A stretch of 64,000 nt of DNA from Akkermansiaceae bacterium (GTDB lineage: Bacteria > Verrucomicrobiota > Verrucomicrobiia > Verrucomicrobiales > Akkermansiaceae): positions 398 through 64,397 of the forward strand of contig JAYVNM010000166.1 of assembly GCA_043758445.1 (NCBI GenBank), written 5' to 3'. Position 1 is the first letter of the stretch. The number at the start of each line of letters is the position of its first letter. Below the pieces are notes generated by a model. It did not search any database and was not told the origin of the DNA. It saw only the letters and a list, made by a program, of their open reading frames with translations. Positions 37,359-52,996 of this stretch are shown here, one piece after another. A program made the translations under genes and the position numbers.

Positions 37359-39899
37359 TTAAACGCTAGCTTCGCTGGTTTCCGGCTCAGGTTCGGGGCG
37401 GGTGGAAAGGAAATCCAGTTCATCGGCGTCGGCTATTTTCACGACGTTCACGAAGTCGCCCGGTTTCACGTCGCCGCGCAACAGTGACTCGGCGAGCGGG
37501 TCTTCGAGAAAACGCTCGACGGCGCGGCGCATCGGCCGTGCGCCGTAGGCGGGATCGAAGCCCTTGGTCGCCAGCAAATCGCGGGCCTCGGCGGTGAGGG
37601 TGAGCACGATGTTCTTGTCCATGAGTCGCTTGACGAGCTTGCTGACCTCGAGATCGACAATCTGGTTGAGGTCCACTTTTTCCAGCATGTGGAAAACGAT
37701 GAGGCCATCGAGGCGATTGAGGAACTCGGGTTTGAAGTAGTGTTTCGACTCCTCCAAAATCTTTGCCTTCATCCCCTCGTGGTCCGCGTCGTCCGCCGCC
37801 ATCGCGCCAAAGCCGAGCGTGGTTTGGCGCTTGATGGAGGAAGCACCGACGTTGGAAGTCATGATGATGATCGTGTTCCGGAAGTCGATCTTGCGGCCTA
37901 ACGAATCGGTGATGGTGCCTTCTTCAAGGATTTGCAGGAGCAGGTTCATCACGTCCGGGTGCGCCTTTTCGATTTCGTCAAACAAGACGACCGAGTAGGG
38001 GCGGCGTCTAACGGCTTCGGAAAGCTGGCCACCTTCCTCATAGCCGACGTAGCCCGGAGGCGAGCCAATCAGGCGGCTGGCAGTGAATTTTTCCATGTAC
38101 TCGGACATGTCGATCTGGATCAGCGAGTCGGCATCGCCAAACATGAACTCGGCGAGGTTACGGGCGAGGTAGGTTTTGCCGACGCCGGTCGGGCCGAGGA
38201 ATAGGAAGGAGCCGATCGGGCGGCGCGGGTCCTTGAGGTCGGCACGGGAACGGCGAAGGGCCTTGGAAATGGCAGACACGGCCTCGTTCTGACCGATGAC
38301 GCGGCCTTTCAGCTCGTCCTCCATTTTGAGCAATTTCTCCGTTTCCTTCTCCTCCATGCGGCGGAGCGGCACGCCGGTCCACTTGGAAACGACGGCCATG
38401 ATATCGTCGTCGGTGACGGTGACGATGGTCTCCTCGGACGAGGCGCGCCAGTTTTTCAGAGTCTCCTCCAGGGCCTTCTTCGCGTGCTTTTCGTCGTCAC
38501 GGAGCGAGGCGGCTTTTTCGAAATTCTGCTCGGCGATGGCCGCCACCTTGTCACGGCTAATCTGCTCGATGCCGGCCTCTAATTGCTTGATGGATGGGGG
38601 CCGGGTCATCGTGCCGATACGCGCGCGGGAGCCTGCCTCGTCGAGCACGTCGATGGCTTTGTCCGGCAGGAAACGGGCGGTTAGATAGCGCGAGGTCAGT
38701 TTCACCGATGCGGCGATGGCCTCGGGGGTGTATTTCGCCTTGTGGTGAGTTTCGTATTTTTCCTGAAGTCCTTCGAGGATTTTGATCGCGTCATCGACGG
38801 ATGGTTCCTCGACTTTGACCTGTTGGAAACGGCGTTCTAGCGCGGAGTCCTTCTCGATGTATTTGCGATACTCGTTGAGCGTGGTGGCACCGACGCATTG
38901 CAACTCGGCGCGACTGAGGGCGGGCTTGATGATGTTAGAAGCATCCATCGCGCCCTCGGCGGAACCGGCACCGACGATGGTGTGCAACTCGTCGATGAAA
39001 AGAATGACATTCTTCACCTTGCGAATCTCGTCCATGACCGCCTTGATGCGCTCCTCGAACTGGCCACGGTATTTCGTGCCAGCGACCATCAGGGCGAGGT
39101 CGAGGGTGATCACCTTCTTGTCGCGGAGGATCTCGGGCACGTTGCCGGTGGCGATTTCTTGGGCAAGGCCTTCGACGATGGCGGTTTTACCGACACCGGC
39201 CTCGCCGATGAGGACCGGGTTGTTTTTCGTCCGGCGGCAGAGGATTTGAATGACCCGTTCGATTTCGCTCTCGCGTCCGATCACGGGATCAAGGCCACCC
39301 TCGCGGGCGACTTTCGTGAGATCGCGACCGAAGGCTTTTAGGGCCGGAGTTTTCGATTTCGCATCGCCATCCGCCGCCGGAGCTTGGGGCTGGCTTTCGT
39401 CCTCGAAGGGGCCGTCGCTGTCATCGGCCTCGTCGTCGTCATCGTCCCGGTCGTCTGGAGAAAAATTCGGGTCGATCTCCGCGAGGATCTCGTTGCGGGT
39501 GCGTTGGATGTCCACGTCGAGGCGCTTGAGCACGCGGGCGGCGACGCCTTCGCCCTCACGGAGCAGGCCGAGCAGGAGGTGCTCGGTGCCGACGTAGGAA
39601 TGATTGAGCGCCTTGGCTTCCTTGTTGGCGAGGGCGAGCACTTTTTTCACCCGAGGGGTGTAAGGGATATTTCCCACTGATTTCTGGGGTGGGCTGGAAC
39701 CGACTTCCTTTTCCACCTCCATGCGTACGGCTTCCAGTTCGAGACCCATGCGTTCGAGTACGTTCACGGCCACACCCTGACCCAGCTTGATCAGGCCGAG
39801 GAGCAAGTGCTCGGTGCCGACGTAGGAATGGTTGAAACGGTCCGCTTCTTTGCGGGCGAGAGCGAGGACTTGTTGGGCTCGTGGAGTGAAGTTGTTCAT
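37359..39899 (-). CDS. clpC: ATP-dependent Clp chaperone ClpC (double AAA+ with N-terminal Clp repeats)
   Basis: [33 protein letters not shown], two Walker A motifs ([15 protein letters not shown] and [15 protein letters not shown]) and a UVR-type linker. Confidence 0.93.
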   Translation of the reverse strand: MNNFTPRAQQVLALARKEADRFNHSYVGTEHLLLGLIKLGQGVAVNVLERMGLELEAVRMEVEKEVGSSPPQKSVGNIPYTPRVKKVLALANKEAKALNHSYVGTEHLLLGLLREGEGVAARVLKRLDVDIQRTRNEILAEIDPNFSPDDRDDDDDEADDSDGPFEDESQPQAPAADGDAKSKTPALKAFGRDLTKVAREGGLDPVIGRESEIERVIQILCRRTKNNPVLIGEAGVGKTAIVEGLAQEIATGNVPEILRDKKVITLDLALMVAGTKYRGQFEERIKAVMDEIRKVKNVILFIDELHTIVGAGSAEGAMDASNIIKPALSRAELQCVGATTLNEYRKYIEKDSALERRFQQVKVEEPSVDDAIKILEGLQEKYETHHKAKYTPEAIAASVKLTSRYLTARFLPDKAIDVLDEAGSRARIGTMTRPPSIKQLEAGIEQISRDKVAAIAEQNFEKAASLRDDEKHAKKALEETLKNWRASSEETIVTVTDDDIMAVVSKWTGVPLRRMEEKETEKLLKMEDELKGRVIGQNEAVSAISKALRRSRADLKDPRRPIGSFLFLGPTGVGKTYLARNLAEFMFGDADSLIQIDMSEYMEKFTASRLIGSPPGYVGYEEGGQLSEAVRRRPYSVVLFDEIEKAHPDVMNLLLQILEEGTITDSLGRKIDFRNTIIIMTSNVGASSIKRQTTLGFGAMAADDADHEGMKAKILEESKHYFKPEFLNRLDGLIVFHMLEKVDLNQIVDLEVSKLVKRLMDKNIVLTLTAEARDLLATKGFDPAYGARPMRRAVERFLEDPLAESLLRGDVKPGDFVNVVKIADADELDFLSTRPEPEPETSEASV

Positions 39900-41023
39900 G
39901 TGTCGCCTGGGTTGATGGGGTCGGAAAAACTTTTTCCGTCGTTCGATGAGATACGGTTATCAGGGGATTCGAGAGAATGCAAACGGGAGCGCACGATTTC
40001 CGCACGAATTGCATCGCGTTCTTCGGGTGAAAGTTTGCGCCCCGAGTGAAGCTGGAGGTGGGCGGGCTGGATATCCATCAGCAAGGTGTCACACGCCATC
40101 ACGGTTTCCGGCGGGAAAAACCCGAGCGTGCCGCCGAGGCGCAGCAGCGAGAGGTGATTGAGCGCTTCCTTGGAGTCGATGATATGGGCGTGCCGCAACA
40201 CGCCGTAAGCCCGGCCGATTTTGTCGGAAACCATTTCTGGATCATCCTCCAGCAGCTTCTCGCGGGCGTTCTGCTCGTGGCTGGAAACCTGGGAAATCAC
40301 TCGCTCCAAGCGGCGGATGATCGTTTCCTCACTCTCCCCGAGGGTGGACTGGTTGGAAATTTGATAAAGGTTCCCGAGCGACTCGGTGCCTTCGCCGTAG
40401 AGGCCGCGGACGGCCAGACCGATCTTGTTGACCGCTTGCAGGACTTGGCCGATCTGGTCGCTCAGGACGAGGCCGGGCAGGTGCAGCATGGCGGAGGCAC
40501 GCAGGCCAGTGCCGAGATTGGTCGGGCAGGTGGTGAGGTAGCCGAGCTTGGGATCGAAGGCAAATTCCAGCGAGCTTTCCAATTCCGTGTCCAGCTCGGC
40601 TAGGGCGTTGAAAGCGGCTGTTAGCTGGAGGCCCGGCCGGATGGCCTGCATCCGCAAATGATCCTCCTCATTGAGCATCAGGCTAAAGGTCTGGCGGCGT
40701 TCGATGACGGCTGCCGACCCATCACCCCGGGCGGCGTGCTCGCGGGAAATCAGGTGGCGCTCGACGAGGACTTGTTTCTGCACCGATGTCAGATCGCCGA
40801 GTTCATGGGAAAACGCACCTTTCATGGCAGGCAGGGATTCCACCGCCGGGCGCAGTAGATCAAGCGCGGCGGCCCGTTGGTCGCGCTTGGCCCAACCGGG
40901 AAATGGATGGCGGCGCAGGTTCCGGGCGAGGCGGATGCGCGAGGTCAGCACGGCACCATGCTCACTCTGCCCGCCGGTCATCCAATCGGCGGGGTGCTTG
41001 ATGAGGGTGGAGAAGCGCATCAT
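39896..41023 (-). CDS. mcsB: Protein arginine kinase McsB
   Basis: Guanido-kinase motif CPTNLGTGLRASAMLHLPGL. It overlaps clpC by 4 nt. Confidence 0.88.
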   Translation of the reverse strand: MMRFSTLIKHPADWMTGGQSEHGAVLTSRIRLARNLRRHPFPGWAKRDQRAAALDLLRPAVESLPAMKGAFSHELGDLTSVQKQVLVERHLISREHAARGDGSAAVIERRQTFSLMLNEEDHLRMQAIRPGLQLTAAFNALAELDTELESSLEFAFDPKLGYLTTCPTNLGTGLRASAMLHLPGLVLSDQIGQVLQAVNKIGLAVRGLYGEGTESLGNLYQISNQSTLGESEETIIRRLERVISQVSSHEQNAREKLLEDDPEMVSDKIGRAYGVLRHAHIIDSKEALNHLSLLRLGGTLGFFPPETVMACDTLLMDIQPAHLQLHSGRKLSPEERDAIRAEIVRSRLHSLESPDNRISSNDGKSFSDPINPGDT

Positions 41024-41051
41024 GGTGGTGGACTGTTAGGTGAGGAGATTT

Positions 41052-41561
41052 TTAACGTTTCACTTCATCGAGATGGCGGATTTCATCACGGATGCCAGCC
41101 GCTTCCTCGTAGCTTTCCGAGGCGATTGCCTGATCGAGCCGCGAGCGGAGTTCCTCGATGCGTTGATGGCGGAACTGCAGCGCCATCAGGCCTTCCGGCA
41201 CCTTGCCGATATGCGAGGTCCCCTTGTGCATCCCGCGCACCATCTGGCCGACTTCCTCGCCGAAGGTCGCATAGCAATCGCTGCAACCAAAACGGCGGAC
41301 GCGGCGCAGGTCATCCAGCGTGAAGCCACAGGTCGCACATTTCCGGCCATTGCCTGATGCGACCGGCGAGGCGTTGGCCGTGACCGTACCCGGACCTCCG
41401 GGCAAGCCGCCTAACAAGAGATCCGCCAGCGAGAACCCGGTGGGGTCGGTGACTCCGCGCTCCTTCGCACACGGATCACAAAGGCACACTTTTTTCATCT
41501 GACCCTCGACAAGTTGGGTCAGAAAAACGGTGGCTTTTTTCTCGCAGAAATCACACTTCAT
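41052..41561 (-). CDS. mcsA: McsA (zinc-finger / UVR-domain activator of McsB)
   Basis: Paired CxxC motifs (CDFCEKK...CLCDPC, CATCG...CSDC) and a C-terminal UVR-like helix ESYEEAAGIRDEI. Confidence 0.8.
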   Translation of the reverse strand: MKCDFCEKKATVFLTQLVEGQMKKVCLCDPCAKERGVTDPTGFSLADLLLGGLPGGPGTVTANASPVASGNGRKCATCGFTLDDLRRVRRFGCSDCYATFGEEVGQMVRGMHKGTSHIGKVPEGLMALQFRHQRIEELRSRLDQAIASESYEEAAGIRDEIRHLDEVKR

Positions 41562-41570
41562 GGTCGTGGC

Positions 41571-42452
41571 TCATTGACTTGCCAGAGCAAAGGGAGTGCC
41601 AGTGCTCATAGTAAGTTGGTGGAAGGCTTCGAGGAATCGGGCGGTGAACGGACCCGGTTTGCCGGTGCCGATCACGCGCCGGTCCAGCGCGACAACGGGA
41701 ATCACCTCCGCAGCGGTGCCAGTGAGGAAACACTCGTCTGCCGTGAATATATCATACCGTGTCAACGAGCATTCTTTGAACGGCACGCCGAGATTTTCCG
41801 CAAGCTCGATAATGACCGAGCGGGTGATACCATCGAGCGCCCCGTCGCTAATGAAGGGTGTGAGCAGCATGCCATTTTTCAGGAGAAACAAATTGTCGCC
41901 TGTGCATTCCGCCACGTAGCCCTGCTCGTTGAGCATCACGGCTTCCAGCGCGTTCGCTTGGATCGCCTCGACCTTGGCCATGATGTTGTTCAGATAGTTC
42001 AGCGACTTCACCTGCGGCATCAGCGCGCCGGGGGCCGGGCGGCGGGTCGCGCAGGTGATGATCGCGAGGCCGTTCTGATAAGTCTCGTCTGGATAGAGTT
42101 TGATCGTCGAGGCGATGATGAACATCGACGGCTTCGGGCAGAGGTATGGATTCAGCCCGAGCTCCCCTGCCCCACGGGTGATGACTAGGCGGATGTAGCC
42201 GTCAGTCAGACCGTTCGCGGCCGCCGTTTCGCAGGTGAATTTGCAAACTTCCGCCTGCGTCCACGGCAGATTCAGCAGGATCGCTTTAGCGGAATCGAAC
42301 AGCCGCCGGATGTGTTCCTCCAGCCGGAAAATGCGACCGTTGTAAAAACGAATGCCTTCAAACACCCCATCCCCGTAGAGCAAGCCATGGTCAAAGACCG
42401 ATACCTTTGCTGCGGATTCGTCCACCAATTTACCGTCGAGCCAGATTTTCAT
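41571..42452 (-). CDS. ilvE: Branched-chain amino acid aminotransferase (class IV PLP enzyme)
   Basis: KIWLDGKLVDESAAKVSVFDHGLLYGDGVFEGIRFYNGRIFRLEEHIRRL is a typical IlvE N-terminus. Confidence 0.88.
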   Translation of the reverse strand: MKIWLDGKLVDESAAKVSVFDHGLLYGDGVFEGIRFYNGRIFRLEEHIRRLFDSAKAILLNLPWTQAEVCKFTCETAAANGLTDGYIRLVITRGAGELGLNPYLCPKPSMFIIASTIKLYPDETYQNGLAIITCATRRPAPGALMPQVKSLNYLNNIMAKVEAIQANALEAVMLNEQGYVAECTGDNLFLLKNGMLLTPFISDGALDGITRSVIIELAENLGVPFKECSLTRYDIFTADECFLTGTAAEVIPVVALDRRVIGTGKPGPFTARFLEAFHQLTMSTGTPFALASQ

Positions 42453-42575
42453 GTGAGATTCTTGAGCAAGGGTAAGTGGATGCACGGCGCTGGCAAGCGG
42501 GAGATTAGAGAAAGATTCAGCGAGCGGCGGTGGGCGCGTGGTGAGGCGGAAATCTGATATTCGGGTTCTAACCCC

Positions 42576-43139
42576 TCAATGCTTTTCCCCCTCTGGATCC
42601 GTGATCGGCGTCCAGTCCAGCGCACCGTGATCGAGCCGTTGGACCTCGCTGGCATAGACGGCGTCCTCGTTTTTCGGGTCCAGTTCAGCGGCGAGTTGGA
42701 TAAAATAGCGGGCCAGTTTCTGGTTTTCCTCGCCGCCTTGTTTCGCCAAGAGCTGACCGCGGGTCAGGATCAGCCGGGCGAACACCTGCGGACTGTAAGC
42801 GCTATCCGTGACCTCGGGCAGCAGACTTTTCGCGAGTTGGAAATTCACCACCACCGCCCGCTTGTTACGCGGGGAAAGCTGGAGCGCCAGCGCCAATATC
42901 CGTCGGACCTCCGCCAGCGCGGCTGCCGAAGCCTTGGTGCTGGCCACCCGGTTCGCGGCCAGCGTCGCCAGATTCGTCGCATATTCCTGGCGCTCGGAGT
43001 CGAGCATCCCGAGGTCCTGAGAGAAAACGCTGGTCGCCACCTTGGGCGCATTCCAATTGAATCCCTTCACCGCTTCCTCACCACTGAGAAAAGAAACCGT
43101 GATCAAAAAAACCGCTGCCACTTGCCAGAGACGCATCAT
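42576..43139 (-). CDS. Hypothetical secreted protein
   Basis: Signal peptide MMRLWQVAAVFLITVSFLSG, followed by a helical repeat-like body. No family recognised. Confidence 0.5.
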   Translation of the reverse strand: MMRLWQVAAVFLITVSFLSGEEAVKGFNWNAPKVATSVFSQDLGMLDSERQEYATNLATLAANRVASTKASAAALAEVRRILALALQLSPRNKRAVVVNFQLAKSLLPEVTDSAYSPQVFARLILTRGQLLAKQGGEENQKLARYFIQLAAELDPKNEDAVYASEVQRLDHGALDWTPITDPEGEKH

Positions 43140-43175
43140 TGGGGCTAAGGATGGAAGAAGTCCGATTCTTGGCAA

Positions 43176-43706
43176 GTGGCAATTCCCGATCCAACCCCTG
43201 AAAAATCCCAACTCCGCGCCACCATGCGCCGGGCTCTGCGCAGTCTAACCATAAGCCCTGCCCCGGCCTGTGCCGCCCTGGACCTATGGCTCCAAGCCCA
43301 TCCCGACCTCCGCACCATCGCCGTCTATGCTGCCCTCCCCGGCGAGGTCGATCTGACAAATACGATCCAGCGCCACCCCGCCCGGCGCTGGGTCTATCCG
43401 AAAATAGTCGCCGCCGACCTCACCTTCCACCGGGGGGATAATCTCGTCCCCGGCCCCTTCCAAATCCCCGAACCCGCCCCCGGTTCACCCGCCGTCCCGC
43501 TCGCGGAAATCGACGCCTTTCTCTGTCCCGGCCTCGCCTTCGATCCCCAAGGCGGTCGCCTAGGCCGGGGCGGCGGTTTTTATGACCGGATGCTCGCCAA
43601 GGCCCGCCCGGACGCCCTCAAGATCGGCATCTGTTTCCCCTGCCAGATCGTTTCCAACACCTTTCCAGAACCCCATGACATCCCCATGGATGAGATCCTT
43701 CACTGA
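43176..43706 (+). CDS. 5-formyltetrahydrofolate cyclo-ligase (GTG start; an alternative ATG lies at 43224)
   Basis: KSQLRATMRRALR...VYAALPGEVDL...AFDPQGGRLGRGGGFYDRML are the MTHFS motifs. Confidence 0.85.
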   Translation: MAIPDPTPEKSQLRATMRRALRSLTISPAPACAALDLWLQAHPDLRTIAVYAALPGEVDLTNTIQRHPARRWVYPKIVAADLTFHRGDNLVPGPFQIPEPAPGSPAVPLAEIDAFLCPGLAFDPQGGRLGRGGGFYDRMLAKARPDALKIGICFPCQIVSNTFPEPHDIPMDEILH

Positions 43707-44036
43707 AGAGTTTTAACCTAAAAAGGAAAATGGGCGCGTTCGCTCATCGCCTTTGAGCGAGGCTGCGGTTGGCTGATTCGGTTGGTGATGGAGCGGTCGG
43801 TTTTTATCCGCTTGGGAGGAGTTCGGCTTCGTCTGGTAGGCCTGGAAGCCACTTTCCGCCCAGCCAGCGCCTGAGCAAACGGGTCAAAAGCAGGCTCCAG
43901 CGTTTGATCGAGCGGATATCACGGTCACCAGAGCTTCCATGACCTTGCTATGACGTCACTTGCCGCGTTTTGGCGAGCTTTCCATTTTCCTCTTTAGGCT
44001 AAGAACACAACTGGCAAGATGCCCGCACTCCTTGAA

Positions 44037-44076
44037 TGAAAAAGCCCCGGCACGCTGGGGGGCGGGCCGGGGCTTG
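44037..44076 (-). terminator. Rho-independent terminator after rpoC
   Basis: Minus strand AAGCCCCGGC...GCCGGGGCTT (10-bp stem) followed by TTTTC. Confidence 0.55.
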
Positions 44077-44091
44077 GTGGGTTGTTATGGA

Positions 44092-48303
<4,212 letters not shown>

Positions 48304-48348
48304 GTTGTTAGTAACGGTTTAGGTCTGGTTTGGGGTTCGCGGTTAGAA

Positions 48349-51300
48349 TTAGAGAGTAAGATCATCGAGGGAGTAGTCATCCAAGCCACCGGTCATGCCG
48401 GAGCCGTGGGTGGAGCCCTTGCGACCCGGACGGACATCGAGGCCGAGGGATTGCATTTCCTTGATGAGAACGTTGAAGGACTCAGGTGTGCCGGCTTCGA
48501 GGTTGTTGTCGCCTTTGACAATCGCCTCGTAGATCCGGGTGCGGCCTTGCACGTCGTCGGATTTGACGGTGAGGAGTTCTTGGAGGGTGTAGGCGGCACC
48601 ATAAGCTTCGAGCGCCCACACTTCCATTTCTCCGAAACGCTGACCACCGTATTGCGCCTTACCACCGAGCGGTTGCTGGGTAACGAGCGAGTAGGGGCCG
48701 ACGGCGCGGGCGTGGATCTTGTCGGCAACCAAGTGACCGAGTTTCAGGATGTAAATCATGCCAACCACGACCGGGTTGTGGAAAGCCTCGCCAGTGCGAC
48801 CATCATAGAGGGTCGATTTGCCACCGGTGGTGCCGTCCTTGCCGTCGCCGATCCAAGTGTAGCCGCGGCCTTCGGGTTCGCCCGGCTTGCGGGCGCGGAG
48901 TTCGCCGTTGTCGCCGACGAATTTCACGCCATCGACCTTCTTGGCCTTGGACATGAAATCCCAGATGACCTCTTCCTTGATGCCGTCGAAAATCGGGGTG
49001 GCAACCTTGAAACCGAGCGCCTTGGCAGCGACGCCAAGGTGGGTTTCAAGCACCTGACCGACGTTCATCCGCGAAGGCACGCCGAGTGGGTTGAGGCAGA
49101 TATCAACCGGAGTGCCGTCCGCGAGATAAGGCATATCTTCCTCGGGCACGATGGTGGCGACGACGCCCTTATTGCCGTGGCGACCGGCCATTTTATCACC
49201 CACTGAAAGCTTGCGCTTGGCGGCGATGAAGACTTTGACTTCCTTGATGACGCCGGGATCGACTTCATCACCGGACTCGAGCGAGTCGAGTTTGCGCTCG
49301 CGTTCCGTGTCGAGTTCTTGGAAACGGCCCTCGAAGGAACCGATGATTTCCAAAATTTTGTTACGGATCGGGGAAGGGTCGATTTCGATGTGATCGTGGA
49401 CGGAAGCGAGCTTGCGGAGAAGCGTCTTGGTGATTTTGCGGTTCGCGGGGATGATGATTTCACCGGTTTGCGCATTGACCACGTCGAGCGGAATTTTCTC
49501 GCCTAACAAAATGTCGGAGAGGCGCTCGGTGAGGTCGTCCGTGAGTTTATCGGCCTTCTTTTTATGCTCGTCGTTGATCTTCTTGAGCGTCTTCTTCAGC
49601 TCGGCGGGATCGACTTTTTCCTGGCGCTTTTTGGCGAATCCACTTTGGGAAACGCGAACGTCTTGAACAATGCCCATGCAGCCGGATGGCACGCGGAGGG
49701 AGGTGTCTTTCACGTCGGCGGCCTTTTCACCGAAGATCGCGCGAAGGAGGCGCTCTTCAGGGGCGAGTTCGGTTTCGGACTTCGGCGTGATCTTGCCAAC
49801 GAGGATGTCGCCGGGTTTCACTTCCGCACCGATGCGGATGATGCCGTCGTGGTCGAGGTTGCGGAGGGCGTCCTCACCGACGTTCGGGATGTCACGGGTG
49901 ATTTCTTCGGGGCCGAGTTTGGTGTCGCGGGCGGCCACGTCGAACTCGGAAATGTGAATCGAGGTGTAAACGTCGTCCTTCACCACGCGCTCGGAGATGA
50001 CGATGGCATCTTCGAAGTTGTAGCCATTCCAAGGCATGAACGCGACTAACACGTTACGACCGATGGCAAGTTCGCCGTCTTCCGTATTCGGTCCGTCGGC
50101 GAGCACTTGGCCCTTTTTGATTTTCTGGCCGAGCTTAACGATGGGCTTCTGGTTGATGCAGGTGCCGGCGTTTGAACGCATGAACTTCCGCAGCGGATAG
50201 GCCATGATGCCCTTCGCGACGTTGGATTTCACCGAGTCGGCATCGCTGAGGAATTTTTCCTCGGAGACTGGCAGCTTGCCGTCCGGGGTAGTGACGATGA
50301 TTTCCGCAGTCGCGGCGGCAACGATGCCGTCCGCTTCAGAGACAACCACCGCGCGGGAATCGCGGGCAGCCTTGCCTTCCAGACCGGTGCCGACGAGCGG
50401 CGACTCGGAAACGAGCAGCGGCACGCCTTGGCGTTGCATGTTAGAACCCATCAGCGCGCGGTTCGCGTCATCGTGTTCGAGGAACGGGATCAGACCGGCG
50501 GCCACCGAAACAAGCTGCTTCGGCGAGACGTCCATGTAGTTCACGTCGCTTGGCAGAGCTTCGATGAACTCGCCGCCTTTTTCACGGGCGGTGATGCGTT
50601 CGGTTTGGAAAACACCTTTCTTGTCGATCGGGTTATTCGCCTGAGCGATGAGGAAATTTTCCTCTTGGTCGGCGGTGAGATATTCGATCTCGTTGGTGAC
50701 CTTCGAGTCCACCACGCGGCGATAGGGAGTTTCGATGAAACCAAACTCGTTGATCCGGGCATAGGTACACATCGAGTTGATGAGACCGATGTTAGGACCT
50801 TCTGGAGTTTCGATCGGACAGATCCGGCCGTAATGGGACGGATGCACGTCGCGGACTTCGAAGCCCGCGCGGTCGCGATTGAGACCACCTGGTCCAAGCG
50901 CCGAGAGACGGCGCTTGTGGGTGAGCTCGGCGAGCGGGTTCGTCTGGTCCATGAACTGCGAGAGCTGTGACCGTCCGAAGAAATCGCGAACCACGGCGGA
51001 CAGGGCCTTCGGGTTGATCAATTTTTGCGGCATCATGCCTTCGATGTTCACGTCGAACAGCGTCATGCGCTCCTTGACCAAGCGCTCAGTCCGGGCAAGT
51101 CCGACACGGCACTGGTTGGCAAGCAATTCACCCACCGCACGGACGCGGCGCGAACCGAGGTGGTCGATGTCGTCGATGACACCGTCGCCTTTTTTCAGTT
51201 TCAGGATGTAACGAACGGCGGCCATGAAATCCTCGGGGACCATGATGCGTTGGTCCGAATCCACTTGGATGCCGAGCTTTTGGTTGATCTTGTAGCGACC

Positions 51301-52296
51301 GACGCGGGTGAGGTCGTATTTTTTTGCATCGAAAAACAAGCGCTTGAGCAAAGCACGGGCATTCGCAGCCGTCGGTGGATCTCCCGGACGCAACTTGCGG
51401 TAAATGTCCTTGAGCGCGGTTTCCTCATCCTTCGCCGGATCTTTCCGCAGCGATTTTAAGAGAATTTCGTCCTCGCGGCCGTCGATGACTTCGCAGCTCT
51501 TGTGACCGAGCGCGAGGAGTTGGCGGACGATGCCGATGGTGAGTGGTTCGTAGGCCTTTGCAACCGTGAGCTCGCCGTCGAGAATGTCCTCGAAAGGAAC
51601 TTTGTGGCCGAGTTCACCTTCGTCCATCGTCTCGCTGAGAGCCAGCGATTCAGGGGAGTAGAAATGGCTCACGATGTCGCGGTCCGTCGGGTAGCCGAGC
51701 ACGCGCAGGAAGGTGGTGGCTAGGAACTTGCGGCGGCGGCGGCGGCGGTCAAGATAGACGTATAACAGATCGTTGGTGTCGAACTGCACTTCCAACCACG
51801 ATCCGCGGTCAGGAATGATACGGAAGGAATGAAGCAGCTTGCCATTCAAGTGCTGCGAGGTTTCAAAGCAGATCCCCGGCGAACGGTGAAGCTGGGAAAC
51901 GATGACGCGTTCGGCACCGTTGATGATGAACGTGCCACGGCGGGTCATCATTGGCAATTCGCCCATGTAAACCCGCTCTTTCTTGGTGCCAGTCTCGTCC
52001 TTCAACTTAAACGTCACGTAGAGTGCCGCACTGAAGCTCTCACTGTTGCGCAGCGAGTCGAGGGACGTGATTTTTGGATCTTCAATGTCGTAGGTGACGA
52101 AATCGAGTTCGATCGCCTCGTCATAGCTTTTGATGGGGAAAACCTCGCGGAAGACCGCTTGGAGACCTGCATCAGCACGCTCACTGGGGAGCACTTCCTT
52201 CTGGAGGAATTCATCGTAGGACCGGCTCTGAACCTCAATGAGGTTAGGCGGCTCAATAACTTCTTCGAATTTTCCGAAATAGAGACGTTCAGCCAT
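48349..52296 (-). CDS. rpoB: DNA-directed RNA polymerase subunit beta
   Basis: 1315 aa. Rif-region block [30 protein letters not shown]. Confidence 0.98.
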   Translation of the reverse strand: MAERLYFGKFEEVIEPPNLIEVQSRSYDEFLQKEVLPSERADAGLQAVFREVFPIKSYDEAIELDFVTYDIEDPKITSLDSLRNSESFSAALYVTFKLKDETGTKKERVYMGELPMMTRRGTFIINGAERVIVSQLHRSPGICFETSQHLNGKLLHSFRIIPDRGSWLEVQFDTNDLLYVYLDRRRRRRKFLATTFLRVLGYPTDRDIVSHFYSPESLALSETMDEGELGHKVPFEDILDGELTVAKAYEPLTIGIVRQLLALGHKSCEVIDGREDEILLKSLRKDPAKDEETALKDIYRKLRPGDPPTAANARALLKRLFFDAKKYDLTRVGRYKINQKLGIQVDSDQRIMVPEDFMAAVRYILKLKKGDGVIDDIDHLGSRRVRAVGELLANQCRVGLARTERLVKERMTLFDVNIEGMMPQKLINPKALSAVVRDFFGRSQLSQFMDQTNPLAELTHKRRLSALGPGGLNRDRAGFEVRDVHPSHYGRICPIETPEGPNIGLINSMCTYARINEFGFIETPYRRVVDSKVTNEIEYLTADQEENFLIAQANNPIDKKGVFQTERITAREKGGEFIEALPSDVNYMDVSPKQLVSVAAGLIPFLEHDDANRALMGSNMQRQGVPLLVSESPLVGTGLEGKAARDSRAVVVSEADGIVAAATAEIIVTTPDGKLPVSEEKFLSDADSVKSNVAKGIMAYPLRKFMRSNAGTCINQKPIVKLGQKIKKGQVLADGPNTEDGELAIGRNVLVAFMPWNGYNFEDAIVISERVVKDDVYTSIHISEFDVAARDTKLGPEEITRDIPNVGEDALRNLDHDGIIRIGAEVKPGDILVGKITPKSETELAPEERLLRAIFGEKAADVKDTSLRVPSGCMGIVQDVRVSQSGFAKKRQEKVDPAELKKTLKKINDEHKKKADKLTDDLTERLSDILLGEKIPLDVVNAQTGEIIIPANRKITKTLLRKLASVHDHIEIDPSPIRNKILEIIGSFEGRFQELDTERERKLDSLESGDEVDPGVIKEVKVFIAAKRKLSVGDKMAGRHGNKGVVATIVPEEDMPYLADGTPVDICLNPLGVPSRMNVGQVLETHLGVAAKALGFKVATPIFDGIKEEVIWDFMSKAKKVDGVKFVGDNGELRARKPGEPEGRGYTWIGDGKDGTTGGKSTLYDGRTGEAFHNPVVVGMIYILKLGHLVADKIHARAVGPYSLVTQQPLGGKAQYGGQRFGEMEVWALEAYGAAYTLQELLTVKSDDVQGRTRIYEAIVKGDNNLEAGTPESFNVLIKEMQSLGLDVRPGRKGSTHGSGMTGGLDDYSLDDLTL

Positions 52297-52434
52297 GGCG
52301 TTTAGTGGTATTCTTCTTACAAATTGAGCCCGAGCCGCTAGCGGTCTCAGGCAGGGTGGATCAAGCGATGAAAAGTTTTGTCGGAATCGGCGGGAAAGTC
52401 TCGGTTAGCATTTAGTCTCTCCCGCCGGTCACGA

Positions 52435-52468
52435 CAGAAAATCCCGGAGCGGATTCCTCCGCCCCGGG
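52435..52468 (-). terminator. Hairpin plus U-tract between rplL and rpoB (attenuator-type terminator candidate)
   Basis: Minus strand CCCGGGGCGGA-GGAA-TCCGCTCCGGG followed by ATTTTCT. E. coli has an attenuator at the same position. Confidence 0.5.
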
Positions 52469-52484
52469 AAAAATCTGATAAGTG

Positions 52485-52856
52485 TTACTTGAGTTCGATT
52501 TTGGCACCAGCCTCTTCGAGCTTCTTCTTGGCAGCTTCGCCGGCGTCTTTGGCAACGCCCTCGAGAATCTTGGCAGGCGCGCTCTCGACGAGCTTCTTCG
52601 CATCTGCAAGACCCAGACCAGGAGCGACTTCGCGGACTGCCTTGATGACGGCAATTTTGTTCGGGCCGCATTCCGTGAGGACTACGTCGAATTCGGTCTT
52701 CTCCTCGACAGCTTCGGCGACGGCGGCAGGACCAGCCGCAGCGACTGGAGCAGCGGCGGAAACGCCCCAATGTTCTTCAAGTTTTTTAACGAGATCGACA
52801 GCTTCCAAAACGGTGAGCTTGCCGAGTTCTTCTACGAGTGTATCAATATTAGCCAT
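52485..52856 (-). CDS. rplL: Ribosomal protein L7/L12
   Basis: [35 protein letters not shown]...AGAKIELK. Confidence 0.97.
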   Translation of the reverse strand: MANIDTLVEELGKLTVLEAVDLVKKLEEHWGVSAAAPVAAAGPAAVAEAVEEKTEFDVVLTECGPNKIAVIKAVREVAPGLGLADAKKLVESAPAKILEGVAKDAGEAAKKKLEEAGAKIELK

Positions 52857-52996
52857 TTTTTTTGTTCTCCTTGTTCGGTGTCGTCGCCCCCAGAGCCTCC
52901 GGGGATTTCAGAGCGGCAGCCGCCGCTCCGACGAGGAACCATTGTGGGTTCAGGTGGCAACAAGAGTCGTGGCCACCATCACATCAGATTGTTTGT

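Noticed and set aside
43707-44036. 330-nt unannotated gap after the 5-FCL gene, with a minus-strand frame faintly reminiscent of a transposase fragment (IKRWSLLLTRLLRRW...)
   Set aside because: The resemblance is vague and short, with stops in all frames. I cannot support a call by eye.
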